64,000 nucleotides of DNA, from the NCBI GenBank assembly GCA_964291215.2, contig OZ219791.1, positions 1,600,001-1,664,000 on the forward strand. Direction: 5' to 3'. Below, one piece after another: positions 32,854-43,619 of this stretch. The position numbers were made by a program, and so were the translations under genes. The notes under the pieces are model-generated. The model had not been told where the DNA came from. It did not search any database and was given only the letters and a program-made list of their open reading frames with translations. Source of the DNA: Alphaproteobacteria bacterium. GTDB lineage: Bacteria; Pseudomonadota; Alphaproteobacteria; MPNO01; UBA830. Numbering within the stretch: the first letter of the stretch is position 1; each line of letters opens with the position of its first letter.

Positions 32854-34213
32854 CGTGCAGCGCGACCATGTTCATTGCGAGCGTCGCGACGAAAAGCACG
32901 AGGCCGAGCGCGAACGCGGCAAGCGTCTTGGCGCTGTCGAACTCCTGATCGCCGACAAGCAGCGTGACGATCTGGACGGTGACGGTAGTAACCGCCTCGA
33001 ACGGGTTGGCCGTGAGGTTGGCCGCGAGACCGGCGGCCATGACGACGATCATCGTCTCGCCGATGGCGCGGCTGACAGCGAGCAGGCAGGCAGCGAAAAC
33101 TCCCGGCAACGCGGCGGGCAGGATGACGCGCTTGATGGTCTCGGACCGGGTCGAGCCAAGCGCATAGGACCCGTCGCGCAGGGATTGCGGTACGGCGCTG
33201 ATGACGTCGTCGGAGAGCGACGAGACGAAGGGGATGATCATGATCCCCATCACCAGGCCGGCTGCGAGCGCGCTTTCGGACGCGACGTCGAACCCCAGCA
33301 CGTCGCCGAGCTCGCGCAGATGGGGAGCGACGGTCAGGGCGGCAAAGAACCCGTAGACCACCGTCGGAACGCCGGCGAGAATCTCCAGTGCCGGCTTGAT
33401 GGCGGCCCGCACGCGTGGCGCCGCGTATTCCGACAGGTAGATGGCCGAGAACAGCCCGACCGGAACCGCGATCATCATGGCGATGGCGGTGATCAGCAGC
33501 GTGCCCGAGAACAGCGGGATGGCTCCGAAACTGCCGGATGCCCCGACCTGATCCTTGCGCAGCGCCGTCTGCGGACTCCATTCGACCCCGAACAGGAAAT
33601 CCACGAACGATACCTTGCCGAAGAAGCGGATCGATTCGAAGATCAGCGACAGGACGATACCGGCGGTGGTTACGATCGCGATCGTGGAACAGGCGATCAG
33701 GAAAATGCGGAGCGTCCGCTCGACGTGATTGCGGGCGCGCATTGCCGGAGTTATCGTGCGCAGCGTCAGGAGGCCGCACCCGATCGCAATGGCGAGCGCC
33801 AGCACGAACAGTGCGCCGTTGCCGATGACGCGCAACTCCCGGAGATGCTCGGTGCCAGCGGCTGCGGCCTGGCCGAGCAGCGTGTCGGCGCCGCGGCCGG
33901 TTATGTTGCCGTTGGCAAGCGAGCGGATGTCGCTCATCAGCAGGCCGAGCTGATCCGGAGGCAGGTTCCGGGCTTCGGGCGGAAGCGACGACGTCACGAG
34001 ATCCTCGAGGATCGCGGGCTGCACGATCAGCCACAGCGCCGCCACGAGCACGGCCGGCACCGCGCACCACAGGGCAACGTATGTGCCGTGATAGACCGGC
34101 CGGGAGTGCAGGAGATGGGGCCGACTGCCAGTCGATGCCACCGCCCGCCTCCGCCCCATGACGTATCCGATGGCGGTGAGCAGGAGGAGGACGGCGATCA
34201 GCATCGTGGGCGA
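32822..34213 (-). CDS. pstC: Phosphate ABC transporter permease PstC
   Basis: LAGVPTVVYG and SRAIGETM motifs; start approximate. Confidence 0.93.
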   Translation of the reverse strand, partial: SPTMLIAVLLLLTAIGYVMGRRRAVASTGSRPHLLHSRPVYHGTYVALWCAVPAVLVAALWLIVQPAILEDLVTSSLPPEARNLPPDQLGLLMSDIRSLANGNITGRGADTLLGQAAAAGTEHLRELRVIGNGALFVLALAIAIGCGLLTLRTITPAMRARNHVERTLRIFLIACSTIAIVTTAGIVLSLIFESIRFFGKVSFVDFLFGVEWSPQTALRKDQVGASGSFGAIPLFSGTLLITAIAMMIAVPVGLFSAIYLSEYAAPRVRAAIKPALEILAGVPTVVYGFFAALTVAPHLRELGDVLGFDVASESALAAGLVMGIMIIPFVSSLSDDVISAVPQSLRDGSYALGSTRSETIKRVILPAALPGVFAACLLAVSRAIGETMIVVMAAGLAANLTANPFEAVTTVTVQIVTLLVGDQEFDSAKTLAAFALGLVLFVATLAMNMVALHVVRKYREQYD

Positions 34214-34358
34214 CATCCTGTTCTCCGCATTCCCATCCCGGTCCGCGCCCCCGCGGGGACCCAGCATTGCCGCCGGTACGGCCCATACCCGGCATCATGC
34301 GCGCCCGTGACCCGCAGGACCCTGCCTGAACCCGCTAGGTACGCGTACTCCAAGTCCT

Positions 34359-34391
34359 GTATATGACAGTTTTATTAATGTTATGTGACGG
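34359..34391 (-). promoter_or_regulatory. Pho box upstream of pstC
   Basis: Minus strand ccgtcacataa-cattaataaaa-ctgtcatatac: 11-bp periodic CTGTCAT-like repeats. Confidence 0.8.
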
Positions 34392-34435
34392 TCGCGCCGC
34401 CAGTTCGGTTGTCGCCCGATACCGCTCTGCCGGGA

Positions 34436-35863
34436 TCACGAGGGCGTGGCGTCGTCGGCCGGATCGCGCATTTCTGCCGCGGGCAGGCGGACGGTGAAGG
34501 TGCTGCCCCGGCCGACCTCTGATTCGATCTCGAGCCGGCCACGATGGCGGTTCACGATGTGCTTGACAATGGCGAGGCCGAGCCCGGTGCCACCGAGTTC
34601 GCGCGATCTGGCGGCGTCGACGCGGTAGAAGCGCTCGGTCAGGCGGAGCTTGTGCTCGTCGGCTATTCCTGGACCGTCATCGATGACCGATATCTCGATG
34701 CTGATGCCGTCCGCGGACCCCGGCAGCGGCTCGCTGCTGTTGTGGGCGCTGATGAGCACCGCCGAGTTGTCGCCGCTGTACTTGACGGCGTTGTCGACCA
34801 GATTCTGCAGGAGCTGCGTGATTTCCTCCTCGTCGCCGCGGATGCCGGGTAGGGAAAGCGCCGATTCCACCCTGATGTCGATACCGCGTTCCGCCGCTGG
34901 AATCCGGAGGGAGCGGGCGATATCGGAGAGCAGGTCGGGAAGGTTGACGACACCGTCGGGCGGCGTCATCTCGTTCATCTCGATGCACGACAGTGACAGC
35001 AGATCCTCGGTCAGCCGGGTCATGCGGGCAATATGCGTGTCCATCATCTCGATGAACTTGCGCTGCGCCTCGGGATCGTCCGTGGCCGCTCCTTGGAGCG
35101 TCTTGATGCAGCCCGCAAGCACGGCAAGCGGAGTCTTGAGTTCGTGGCTGGCGTTGGCCACGAAGTCGGCCCGGGCCTGATGAATCTTCCGGATCTCGGT
35201 GGTGTCATGAAACGCGAGCACGGCCGCCGCTTCGCTTTCCGGCGATACCGCGAGTTTCCGCATCTGGACAGTGAACGTACTCTGGGTGGGAAACAGGGTC
35301 TCGAACTCGACGAGCTCGCGGTCGCCGCCCGCGAGGATCCGGTCGGCAGCCGCAAGCACGCCGGGATCGCGGACCACGGACGACAGGTCGGCGCCGCGGC
35401 TTGCCGTGCCGAGCAGTTCCGTCACCCCGACGGTTGCGTGAGCTATGTAGCGGTTGCTGTCGATCAGGATCAGCGGATAGGGGAGGCCTTCTAGGATCGT
35501 TTCTGCAGCCGCCGCCTGTGCGGTGAGCTGCTGGTATTCCCGCTCCCAGGCCGAATTGGCCCTGTCGATTGCGGCGGCGAACTCCGGCAGCAGCCCCGGG
35601 TGGTGATCCGGATGCGCCGTGCCGGTCCCCGGTTCCCGGGCGCGTCCGGCAATCTCAGCGATGTTGCGCAGCAGGTGGCGGGCGACGGCGAAAAGCGCCA
35701 TCGCGCACGCGATGCCGGCGATCAGGACGGCATCGGGCTCAAGCACGCCGAGTGTGGCGAGGACGGCGAGGACGGCGAGGACGGGCGCCGAGGCCATGCC
35801 GGCCAACGCAAGAACCCGCCACCAGGATATGTCCCCCCTATTCATCCCTTCCTGCTGCCGCAC
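34436..35863 (-). CDS. phoR: Phosphate regulon sensor kinase PhoR
   Basis: DFVANASHELKTPL, NLVDNAVKY, ERFYRVD...GGTGLGLAIVKH. Confidence 0.92.
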   Translation of the reverse strand: MRQQEGMNRGDISWWRVLALAGMASAPVLAVLAVLATLGVLEPDAVLIAGIACAMALFAVARHLLRNIAEIAGRAREPGTGTAHPDHHPGLLPEFAAAIDRANSAWEREYQQLTAQAAAAETILEGLPYPLILIDSNRYIAHATVGVTELLGTASRGADLSSVVRDPGVLAAADRILAGGDRELVEFETLFPTQSTFTVQMRKLAVSPESEAAAVLAFHDTTEIRKIHQARADFVANASHELKTPLAVLAGCIKTLQGAATDDPEAQRKFIEMMDTHIARMTRLTEDLLSLSCIEMNEMTPPDGVVNLPDLLSDIARSLRIPAAERGIDIRVESALSLPGIRGDEEEITQLLQNLVDNAVKYSGDNSAVLISAHNSSEPLPGSADGISIEISVIDDGPGIADEHKLRLTERFYRVDAARSRELGGTGLGLAIVKHIVNRHRGRLEIESEVGRGSTFTVRLPAAEMRDPADDATPS

Positions 35864-35892
35864 CGGCTTCCGGCGCCCGCACCATCAGCGTG

Positions 35893-38193
35893 TCAGCGGC
35901 CTCGCGCGCAATCCCCGGCGCGAGCGGCCATTTCCAGCGCGTCATGGGCGGCCATGGTCGCAAAGTTCACGAGCTCGGCATCGTTGGCGCTCATCGGCGC
36001 GATCTGCACCGAATGCCGGAGCCCGATCAGAAGCGGGCCGATGACGGTGCCGCCGCCGAGCTTGTGGAGGATGTGCGAAGAGATCGCGGCCGAATGCAGG
36101 CTCGGCATGATCAGGACGTTGGCCGCGCCCGACAGGCGGCAGAACGGATAGACGTGCCGCAAATCCATGTCGAGCGCGACTTCGGCTGTCATTTCCCCGT
36201 CATATTCGAAATCCGCGCCTTCGTCGTCGAGAATCCCGACGGCCTCACGGACGTGCGAGGCGAAGGTGCCGGGCGGGTTGCCGAAATTGGCTGATGACAG
36301 GAACGCAACCAGCGGCTCGTGTCCCACCGATCGCGCCTTGGCGGCGCACTGGTGGGCGATGCGCGCGAGCTGCGCCGCGTCGGGGCTCTGGTGGATGGCC
36401 GTGTCGGCGATGAACACGGTGCGGCCGCGCGACATCATCATCTCGAGTCCAAAGACCTCGTGCCCGGGGACGGGATCGACGGCGCGGCGGATATCGGCGT
36501 AGCACACCGAATAGTTGCGCGACAGGCCGGTGACCATGGCGTCTATGTCGCCATGGGCAAGCATGCAGGCGGAGAACACGTTGCGGTCGGTATGAACGAG
36601 GCGCTGGCAGTCGCGATAGAGGAGTCCTTCGCGTTGCAGGCGGCGGTAGAGAAACTCGATGTAATGGGTGTTGCCACCCGAGAGCCGGGCATTGTGGATC
36701 TCGATCCCCCCGGCTCCGGTCAGCCCGAGCTGCTGGATGGTCCGCTGGACGCGCTCTTCGCGGCCGATCAGCACTGGCGTACCAAGCCCGGACTGGGCGA
36801 AGGCGATGGCGGCGCGGATCGTGGTTTCCTCCTCGCCTTCGGCAAATCCGACCCGGCGCGGGCTCGCCCGCACATCGGCATGAATCGTCTGGAGCATGGA
36901 GACTGTGGGATCAAGGCGCGCCGACAGCGCGACCTCGTAGGACTTGACCTCCGGCATCTCCATGCGCGCGACGCCGCTGTCGACGGCCGCCTGGGCGACG
37001 GCCGGCGGAACCCATGATATCAGGCGCGGATCGAAGGGAACCGGGATGATGTAGTCCGGTCCGAACTGCAGGCGCCGGCCCGAATAGGCGGCGGCGACCT
37101 CGTCGGGAACGTCGTTGCGCGCGAGTTCGGCCAGTGCGCGCGCCGCCGCCATCTTCATCTCGTCATTGATGGTGCGGGCGCGGACATCGAGTGCGCCGCG
37201 GAAGATGTAGGGAAAGCCGAGAACGTTGTTGACCTGGTTGGGATAGTCGGACCGGCCGGTGGCGATTATCGCGTCGGAACGCGCGCGCTGTGCCGCCTCG
37301 GGAAAGATCTCGGGGTCCGGATTGGCCATGGCGAAGATGATCGGCTGCGCCGACATCGACTTGACCATATCCGGCGTCACCGATCCGGCCACCGAGACCC
37401 CGAAGAACACGTCCGCGCCCTTCATCGCGTCGGCCAGGCTGCGCGCGCATGTGTCGACGGCGTGCGCCGACTTCCATTGGTTCATTCCGTCCTCGCGGCC
37501 GGTATGGACCACGCCGTTGGTGTCGCACAGGAGCACGCTGTCGTGGCGCATCCCGAAGGCCTTGAGCAGTTCGGCGCAGGCGATGCCCGCGGCGCCGGCG
37601 CCGTTGATGACCAGGGTCGTCGTGGCGATGTCGCGTCCGGTTAGCTCGATCGCGTTGATCAGGCCGGCGGCGGCAATGATCGCGGTGCCATGCTGGTCGT
37701 CATGAAAGATCGGAATGTTCATCGCCTCGCGAAGCCGACTTTCGATCTGGAAGCAGTCGGGGGCGCGAATGTCTTCGAGGTTGATGCCGCCGAAGGAGGG
37801 GCCGAGATGGCGCACGCAATTGACGAAGGCGTCGACATCCTCGGTGTCGAGCTCGAGGTCGATGGCGTCGATGTCGGCAAAGCGCTTGAATAGGACCGCC
37901 TTGCCCTCCATGACCGGCTTGGAAGCGAGGCCGCCGAGATTTCCGAGTCCGAGAACCGCAGTGCCGTTGGAAATCACGGCAACGAGGTTGCCTTTGGCGG
38001 TGTATTCGAAGGCGTCGGCCGGATCGTCGGCGATCTGCAGGCACGGGGCGGCGACCCCGGGCGAATAGGCCAGCGCGAGGTCGCGCTGGGTTGCGAGGGG
38101 TTTGGTCGGTGCAATCTCGATCTTGCCCGGCCGTCCGGAGCGATGCATCGCAAGGGCGTCCCGGTCAAGATCGCTGAGCTTCCGTTCCGCCAT
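35893..38193 (-). CDS. maeB: NADP-dependent malic enzyme with phosphotransacetylase-like domain
   Basis: [35 protein letters not shown] plus PTA domain. Confidence 0.93.
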   Translation of the reverse strand: MAERKLSDLDRDALAMHRSGRPGKIEIAPTKPLATQRDLALAYSPGVAAPCLQIADDPADAFEYTAKGNLVAVISNGTAVLGLGNLGGLASKPVMEGKAVLFKRFADIDAIDLELDTEDVDAFVNCVRHLGPSFGGINLEDIRAPDCFQIESRLREAMNIPIFHDDQHGTAIIAAAGLINAIELTGRDIATTTLVINGAGAAGIACAELLKAFGMRHDSVLLCDTNGVVHTGREDGMNQWKSAHAVDTCARSLADAMKGADVFFGVSVAGSVTPDMVKSMSAQPIIFAMANPDPEIFPEAAQRARSDAIIATGRSDYPNQVNNVLGFPYIFRGALDVRARTINDEMKMAAARALAELARNDVPDEVAAAYSGRRLQFGPDYIIPVPFDPRLISWVPPAVAQAAVDSGVARMEMPEVKSYEVALSARLDPTVSMLQTIHADVRASPRRVGFAEGEEETTIRAAIAFAQSGLGTPVLIGREERVQRTIQQLGLTGAGGIEIHNARLSGGNTHYIEFLYRRLQREGLLYRDCQRLVHTDRNVFSACMLAHGDIDAMVTGLSRNYSVCYADIRRAVDPVPGHEVFGLEMMMSRGRTVFIADTAIHQSPDAAQLARIAHQCAAKARSVGHEPLVAFLSSANFGNPPGTFASHVREAVGILDDEGADFEYDGEMTAEVALDMDLRHVYPFCRLSGAANVLIMPSLHSAAISSHILHKLGGGTVIGPLLIGLRHSVQIAPMSANDAELVNFATMAAHDALEMAARAGDCARGR

Positions 38194-38414
38194 ATGTATC
38201 GATCCCGCCAAGCTGCGATACCGGCAGGATAGTCACTAAATCGACGGCGTCCAGCCGGGTCGCTCGCGGGCTGCCGTCAGGGCCGGAGCGCGGTGAACGG
38301 ACGCTGTCCCGGACCGCATCCCGTCGCGAAGGCAGGCGGCCGCAGCGCGAATTCGTTGACTTGGCAAGTCTGAAAATTCACTATCGTGCGGCAGCAACAG
38401 CGTACGAGTGCGCC

Positions 38415-41123
38415 ATGATGGACAAGGTTGCGGACTTGGTCGGGACAGCGGACATAGCCGGGGTGAAGGCGTCGGAGCCCGAACGCCCGTCTTCCGGCGC
38501 CGCGCAGTCGCCGATGATGGTCCAGTACTTCCAGATCAAGAAGGATCATCCGGACGCCATCCTCTTCTACCAGATGGGCGATTTCTACGAGATGTTCTTC
38601 GACGATGCTGTGAAGGCCGCCGAGGCGCTCGACATCACCCTGACCCGGCGGGGCAAGCACGGGGACGAGAACATCCCCATGTGCGGGGTTCCGGTCCAGA
38701 CTGCCCAGACCTATCTGGCGCGCCTGATCCGGCGCGGCTTCCGCGTTGCCGTTTGCGAGCAGACGGAAGATCCCCGGGCTGTGAAACAGCGCGGTTCGAA
38801 GGAGGTCATGCGCCGCGAGGTGACGCGCGTCATCACGCCGGGCACGCTGGTCGAGGACGCGCTCCTCGATGCCCGGCGTCACAACTATCTTGCGGCCGTT
38901 GCTGACGCTGCCGGCGGGCACGGGCTGGCCTGGCTCGACATCTCGACCGGCGCCTTCTTTACCGAACCGGTCACAGCTCCGGCGCTTGCGGCTGCGATCG
39001 CCCGCATCGAGCCCGGCGAACTCCTGGTTCCCGAACGGCTTGCGTCCAGGCCCGAGGTGGCCGCCATCTCGCGGGATCTCGGCGACAGGCTGGCGATGGT
39101 CCCTTCGGCGTCGTTTGACAGCGAGGCGGCGCGCCGCCGGCTCGAGAAGATATTTGCCGTCCGGTCGCTTGATGGATTCGGCGATTTCACCCGTGCGGAA
39201 CTGTCGGCCGGAGGCGCGCTCCTCGATTACATCGAACTGACCCAGCGTGGCAAGATGCCCGGGTTGCAGCGCCCGCGGCGCCTGCGCCAGGGCGCGGTCA
39301 TGGACATCGATCCCGCCACCCGTCGCAATCTCGAGCTGGTCCAGACCATGTCCGGCGCTCGCGAGGGCTCGCTCTTGGACGTGATCGACTGCACCGTGAC
39401 CGGAGCGGGTGCGCGGCTGCTGGCCGCCCGGTTGTCGGCTCCGCTGACCGACACTGCCGCCATTCGTGCGCGTCACGACGCCGTCGACTGGTTTGCCGCA
39501 CAGAGAGACATGCGCGACGACATGCGCGGCGCGCTGCGTTCGGCTCCCGACATGGAGCGCGCGTTGTCGCGCCTGCTTATGGGGCGTGGTGCGCCCCGCG
39601 ACCTCGGTTCGCTGCGTGGCGGGCTCGCCGCCGCAGCCGACCTGCGGCCGTCGCTGGCCACCGCCGGCGAGCTGCCGCAGGAAATCGCGGGCGCCATGGA
39701 GGAACTTGGGGATCACGGCGCGCTCATCGACCGTCTCGACCGTGCGCTCATGGACGACTTGCCGCTCTCGACCCGGGACGGCGGCTTCGTCAGGGCCGGT
39801 TTCTCGGAGGATCTCGATGAACAGAGACACCTCCGCGACCAGAGCCGTACCCACATTGCCGTCCTGCAGGCGAGATACGCGGAGGAGACCGGAATCGCGT
39901 CGCTCAAGATCCGGCACAACAACGTGCTCGGATATTTCGTCGACATCAAGCCGGGCCATGCCGACAGGGTTGCGGCCGTGGGCGGAGACCGGTTCATCCA
40001 CCGCCAGACCCTCGCCTCCGCAGTCCGCTATACCACGGTCGAGCTCGGCGAGCTCGAAGGCCGGCTCGCTCAGGCCGGGGAGCGCGCGGTGGCGCTCGAA
40101 CTCGACCTGTTCGAGGAGCTGGTTGCCGGCGTCGCGGAGCGCGCCGACGCCATCTTGCGCACCGCCGCGGCGCTTGCGGTGCTCGATGTCGCCTGCGCGC
40201 TCGCGGGGCTTGCCGTGCGCTGTCGCTACGCGCGTCCCGAGATGGCTGACGACACCTCCTTCAGCGTCACCGCAGGCCGCCATCCCGTCGTCGAGGCGGC
40301 GCCCGGGGGCACGGCGGGTGCAAACTTTGTCGCCAACGACTGCGACCTCGACGAGGCGCAGCGCCTGTGGCTCATGACCGGGCCCAACATGGCCGGCAAG
40401 TCCACCTTTCTGCGCCAGAACGCGCTGATCGCGGTACTCGCCCAGATGGGCTCCTTCGTTCCGGCCGAGGCGGCGCGCATCGGCGTCATCGACCGGCTGT
40501 TCAGCCGCGTCGGTGCCGCCGACGATCTCGCACGCGGCCGCTCGACCTTCATGGTCGAGATGGTGGAAACGGCGATCATCCTGAACCAGGCGACCGAGCG
40601 GTCGCTGGTCATACTCGACGAAATCGGCCGCGGCACTGCAACCTTCGACGGGCTGTCCATCGCCTGGGCGACCCTTGAGCATCTGCATGACCTGAATCGC
40701 TGCCGGACCCTGTTCGCCACCCATTTTCACGAACTGACCTCGTTGACGGAGCAGCTGCCGGCGCTCTGCTGCCACACGATGCGGGTCAAGGAGTGGGAGG
40801 GCGAGGTCGTCTTCCTGCATGAGGTCGTCGGCGGCACCGCCGACCGCTCCTATGGCATCCATGTTGCCAAGCTGGCCGGTCTTCCCGAGGCGGTGGTCGT
40901 CCGCGCGCGCGAGGTGCTGAGCGTGCTCGAACAGGGCGAGCAGTCCGGCGCGCTGGCGCAGCTGGCGGAGGACCTGCCGCTGTTTTCGGCGCCGGTGCGA
41001 AGGGGGCCAGCAGCACCGGCTGCGCCGTCGCCGGTCGAGGAGGCGTTGCGGGCGGTCAATCCCGACGAGCTTTCTCCGCGCGATGCGCTCGACGCGCTGT
41101 ACCGGTTGCGGGCGATGCTGTGA
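38415..41123 (+). CDS. mutS: DNA mismatch repair protein MutS
   Basis: [38 protein letters not shown]; start approximate. Confidence 0.97.
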   Translation: MMDKVADLVGTADIAGVKASEPERPSSGAAQSPMMVQYFQIKKDHPDAILFYQMGDFYEMFFDDAVKAAEALDITLTRRGKHGDENIPMCGVPVQTAQTYLARLIRRGFRVAVCEQTEDPRAVKQRGSKEVMRREVTRVITPGTLVEDALLDARRHNYLAAVADAAGGHGLAWLDISTGAFFTEPVTAPALAAAIARIEPGELLVPERLASRPEVAAISRDLGDRLAMVPSASFDSEAARRRLEKIFAVRSLDGFGDFTRAELSAGGALLDYIELTQRGKMPGLQRPRRLRQGAVMDIDPATRRNLELVQTMSGAREGSLLDVIDCTVTGAGARLLAARLSAPLTDTAAIRARHDAVDWFAAQRDMRDDMRGALRSAPDMERALSRLLMGRGAPRDLGSLRGGLAAAADLRPSLATAGELPQEIAGAMEELGDHGALIDRLDRALMDDLPLSTRDGGFVRAGFSEDLDEQRHLRDQSRTHIAVLQARYAEETGIASLKIRHNNVLGYFVDIKPGHADRVAAVGGDRFIHRQTLASAVRYTTVELGELEGRLAQAGERAVALELDLFEELVAGVAERADAILRTAAALAVLDVACALAGLAVRCRYARPEMADDTSFSVTAGRHPVVEAAPGGTAGANFVANDCDLDEAQRLWLMTGPNMAGKSTFLRQNALIAVLAQMGSFVPAEAARIGVIDRLFSRVGAADDLARGRSTFMVEMVETAIILNQATERSLVILDEIGRGTATFDGLSIAWATLEHLHDLNRCRTLFATHFHELTSLTEQLPALCCHTMRVKEWEGEVVFLHEVVGGTADRSYGIHVAKLAGLPEAVVVRAREVLSVLEQGEQSGALAQLAEDLPLFSAPVRRGPAAPAAPSPVEEALRAVNPDELSPRDALDALYRLRAML

Positions 41124-41309
41124 GATGGCGCGGTCGCGGGAGGCGGTGATGGAGGGTCCGGTGGCGCCGGGCGGGTACGACCCGGCAGGCTGCGGCATGG
41201 CCGTCGTCTGCTTCATCGTCGTCATCCTTCGAGCCAGGGGTTTCGGACGGGCGGAGAGTCTGCGGAGCGGGAGATTGCAGCCTTGGGCACTGTCAAGCTG
41301 AACCGGCGG

Positions 41310-43546
41310 GTGCGCCAGGCTAACTGGCAGAATGTCGCCGGGTGAAAGTCCCGGCAGGAAGAGAGGCTAACCACCACTTTCTCCGTGAACCATGCGTCGT
41401 GAGGCGTCAGGCAAAGCGTTGGGGAGCGGCAGGCGTGCAGCGAGTCTAGCTGCTGATCTTGCGGGTGAAAGTCCCGCAATTCTCAGTTTGGCGCCGTAGC
41501 ATTGGTTCAGGGGCGACCCTGGATCAGCGAGCTGGGACGTAGAAAGCCGTCGTGGGCTGGCTGGAACGCAGTGTCCAGCCGATCCGGTCAGCCAGGGCGG
41601 CGAGCAAACCGGAGGGCGAAAGCGAACGGGAAGCCCCGAAATTCCCCACCCACACGAAGCTGATTTGTGGGATAGGCGGCGAACGCCAAGGTTGCTACCC
41701 GATGGCCAGTGTCGATGCGGAAGAACTGAGGAACACGCATCGGGTTCCCCGGGGTACAGACGGCGGCAATTCGGGACAGATCAGCAGTGAAAGACCGGAA
41801 GGTGAGGAGGACAGACAGGATGAAGAGACCCGTCAAGGACCGCGTCTATAACCGGGAGACGGGAAAGGACGCGGAGTCCTCCTGACTGGCGGATGAGGTC
41901 GCCTAAGGGGCGGGACAACACAACCCGTCCCGAGCGAGGACCTCAGGGCTCAGGTAGCCTATGCGGCAGGTCAAGCCGGTACGCAGACCGACAGACTGCA
42001 AGGCCGAAGGACGGAGCAAACGCTCGGAGATGCCGTGGGTATGGTTGGGTCAGCCTTGACTATGGCGTGGGAAGGCTTCGCACCGAACTCCAAGTGGGTG
42101 CCTGATGCTTGAACCGGGAAAACCGGACGTACGGAATTTTAGGGGGGCTGCTGGAAACGTGGTCTATGGCGATTCTGCGAACCCGCCCGCAATCGAAAGA
42201 GCGGTGACGGATAAAGCCTTCGCCTAAGGATGCGCGCGCCAGCGGCCTACCCGACGTGGGCCGGGCTATCGAGCTACGAGATTCAGGTCAAACCGGAGTG
42301 CCGAGGTCGTCCGCCAAGCCGAAGGCAACACCCTGCGAGCCGCGTTGGTGAGGCGAGCAGGTGCTCCGCGGGGTCCGAGAACCATGGCCGAAGCAGGGAC
42401 CCGGGAGGTCTTGCCCCACTGTCGTAGAGGGGTCGCAGAGGAAAGGAACTATTCCGTAACCCGATGATGAACGAGAAGTCGGATTCGGCCATGGTACCGT
42501 CGAAGGCGGCGAACAAGGGCTCTTCGGAGCCTGCGGAGTTGCTGGAGGGAAGGGCAATGCGGTTGACCCGCGCCGCACGCAGAAGCGGGGGTCACAGGCG
42601 GCGCATACGACAAGCTGCGAAGAGGAATCCGGAAGAGCGTCTTGTGACGTTGCTCCACCACGTGACGTTCTGCACGCTGCGTTTCACTCCTTGAGAAAGG
42701 ACGCGGCAGCGGGGGTGGACGAAGTTACGTGGCACGCGTACGCGGAAGGTGTGGAACTGCCTGCACGCCCGTGTGCACAGGGGCGGGCGCCCTTGTCGCG
42801 GCGGGTATACATACCCAAGGAGGGCAACGACCGCTTGCCTCGCTGGAGGACAAGATTCTGCAGCGGGCGGTGACGGACACGATTCTGGTACCGCGAGACG
42901 GAGTTCCTCGGGTTACGGTTTCCGGCCGGGGCGCACGATGCGCTCGATGCAGTCGGAGTGGAACGGCGGAAGGTCGACTGGATCGTTGACGCCCCTTCGA
43001 CAACCGCGACCACCTAGTCGCGATGCTCGAGAGACGGATCGGGGGCTCTGATCATCAAGTGACGCTGGCGTCATGGAGCGACACCGGTGTTGGTTCGCCG
43101 CAGGGCGCAGCCCCTGCCTGGCGAACGTTTACCTGGACTACGTGCGACTGGTTTCAGAACCATTGGCGCAAACGGATGACTGACACGATCATCGTGCGCT
43201 ATGCGGACGACCTTGTGTGCGGCTTTCAGTATCAGGGCGATGCGAAGCGCTGGGACCTCGGGGAGAGGTTGGCTCACTTGAACTGCACCCGGACAATCAT
43301 CGAGTTCGGTCGGTTTGCCGGAGCGAGCCGCCGGAAGCGGGGGCAAGACGTTCGACTTCCTCGGCATGACGCACTATTGCGAGCAAACGAGGAAGGGCAA
43401 GTTCAGGGTCGGCCGCAAACCATCCCGGAAACGGGCACCCTGCGGCGGATCAAGGAGGCATTGCGCAAGCTGTGGCACGACAACCGGCACAAGACGGCCA
43501 AGTGGCGAGTGATCAAGGGATGGCTCAACTACTACGCCGTTCCGGG
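41310..43546 (+). mobile_element. Group II intron B, copy 2 (degraded RT, 3' truncated), interrupted by intron A
   Basis: GTGCG start; homologous to 4606-10613; RYADDL, FDFLG and GWLNYY remnants. Confidence 0.88.
41435..42255 (+). ncRNA. Group II intron A, ORF-less, 821 nt
   Basis: Starts gtgcag; gggtgaaagtccc element; DV remnant ccgggaaaaccggacgtacggaatt; long DVI ending cctacccgac; intron B resumes on both sides. Confidence 0.8.
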
Positions 43547-43619
43547 AATACGGAGAGCGGTGTCCGTATGATGCTCCGAAGGGCCGGGTTTCGTTTTGTC
43601 TCGGGACGGCCGGTCCACC

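Noticed and set aside
38277-41225. 982-aa minus-strand ORF and other long antisense ORFs (24858-26807, 43525-45552, 56953-58971, 1007-2521)
   Set aside because: Shadow frames of well-supported genes in high-GC DNA; no recognisable motifs.
41284-41309. gggcactgtcaagctgaacc as a possible IS end just before intron B
   Set aside because: No partner end or TSD found in the window.
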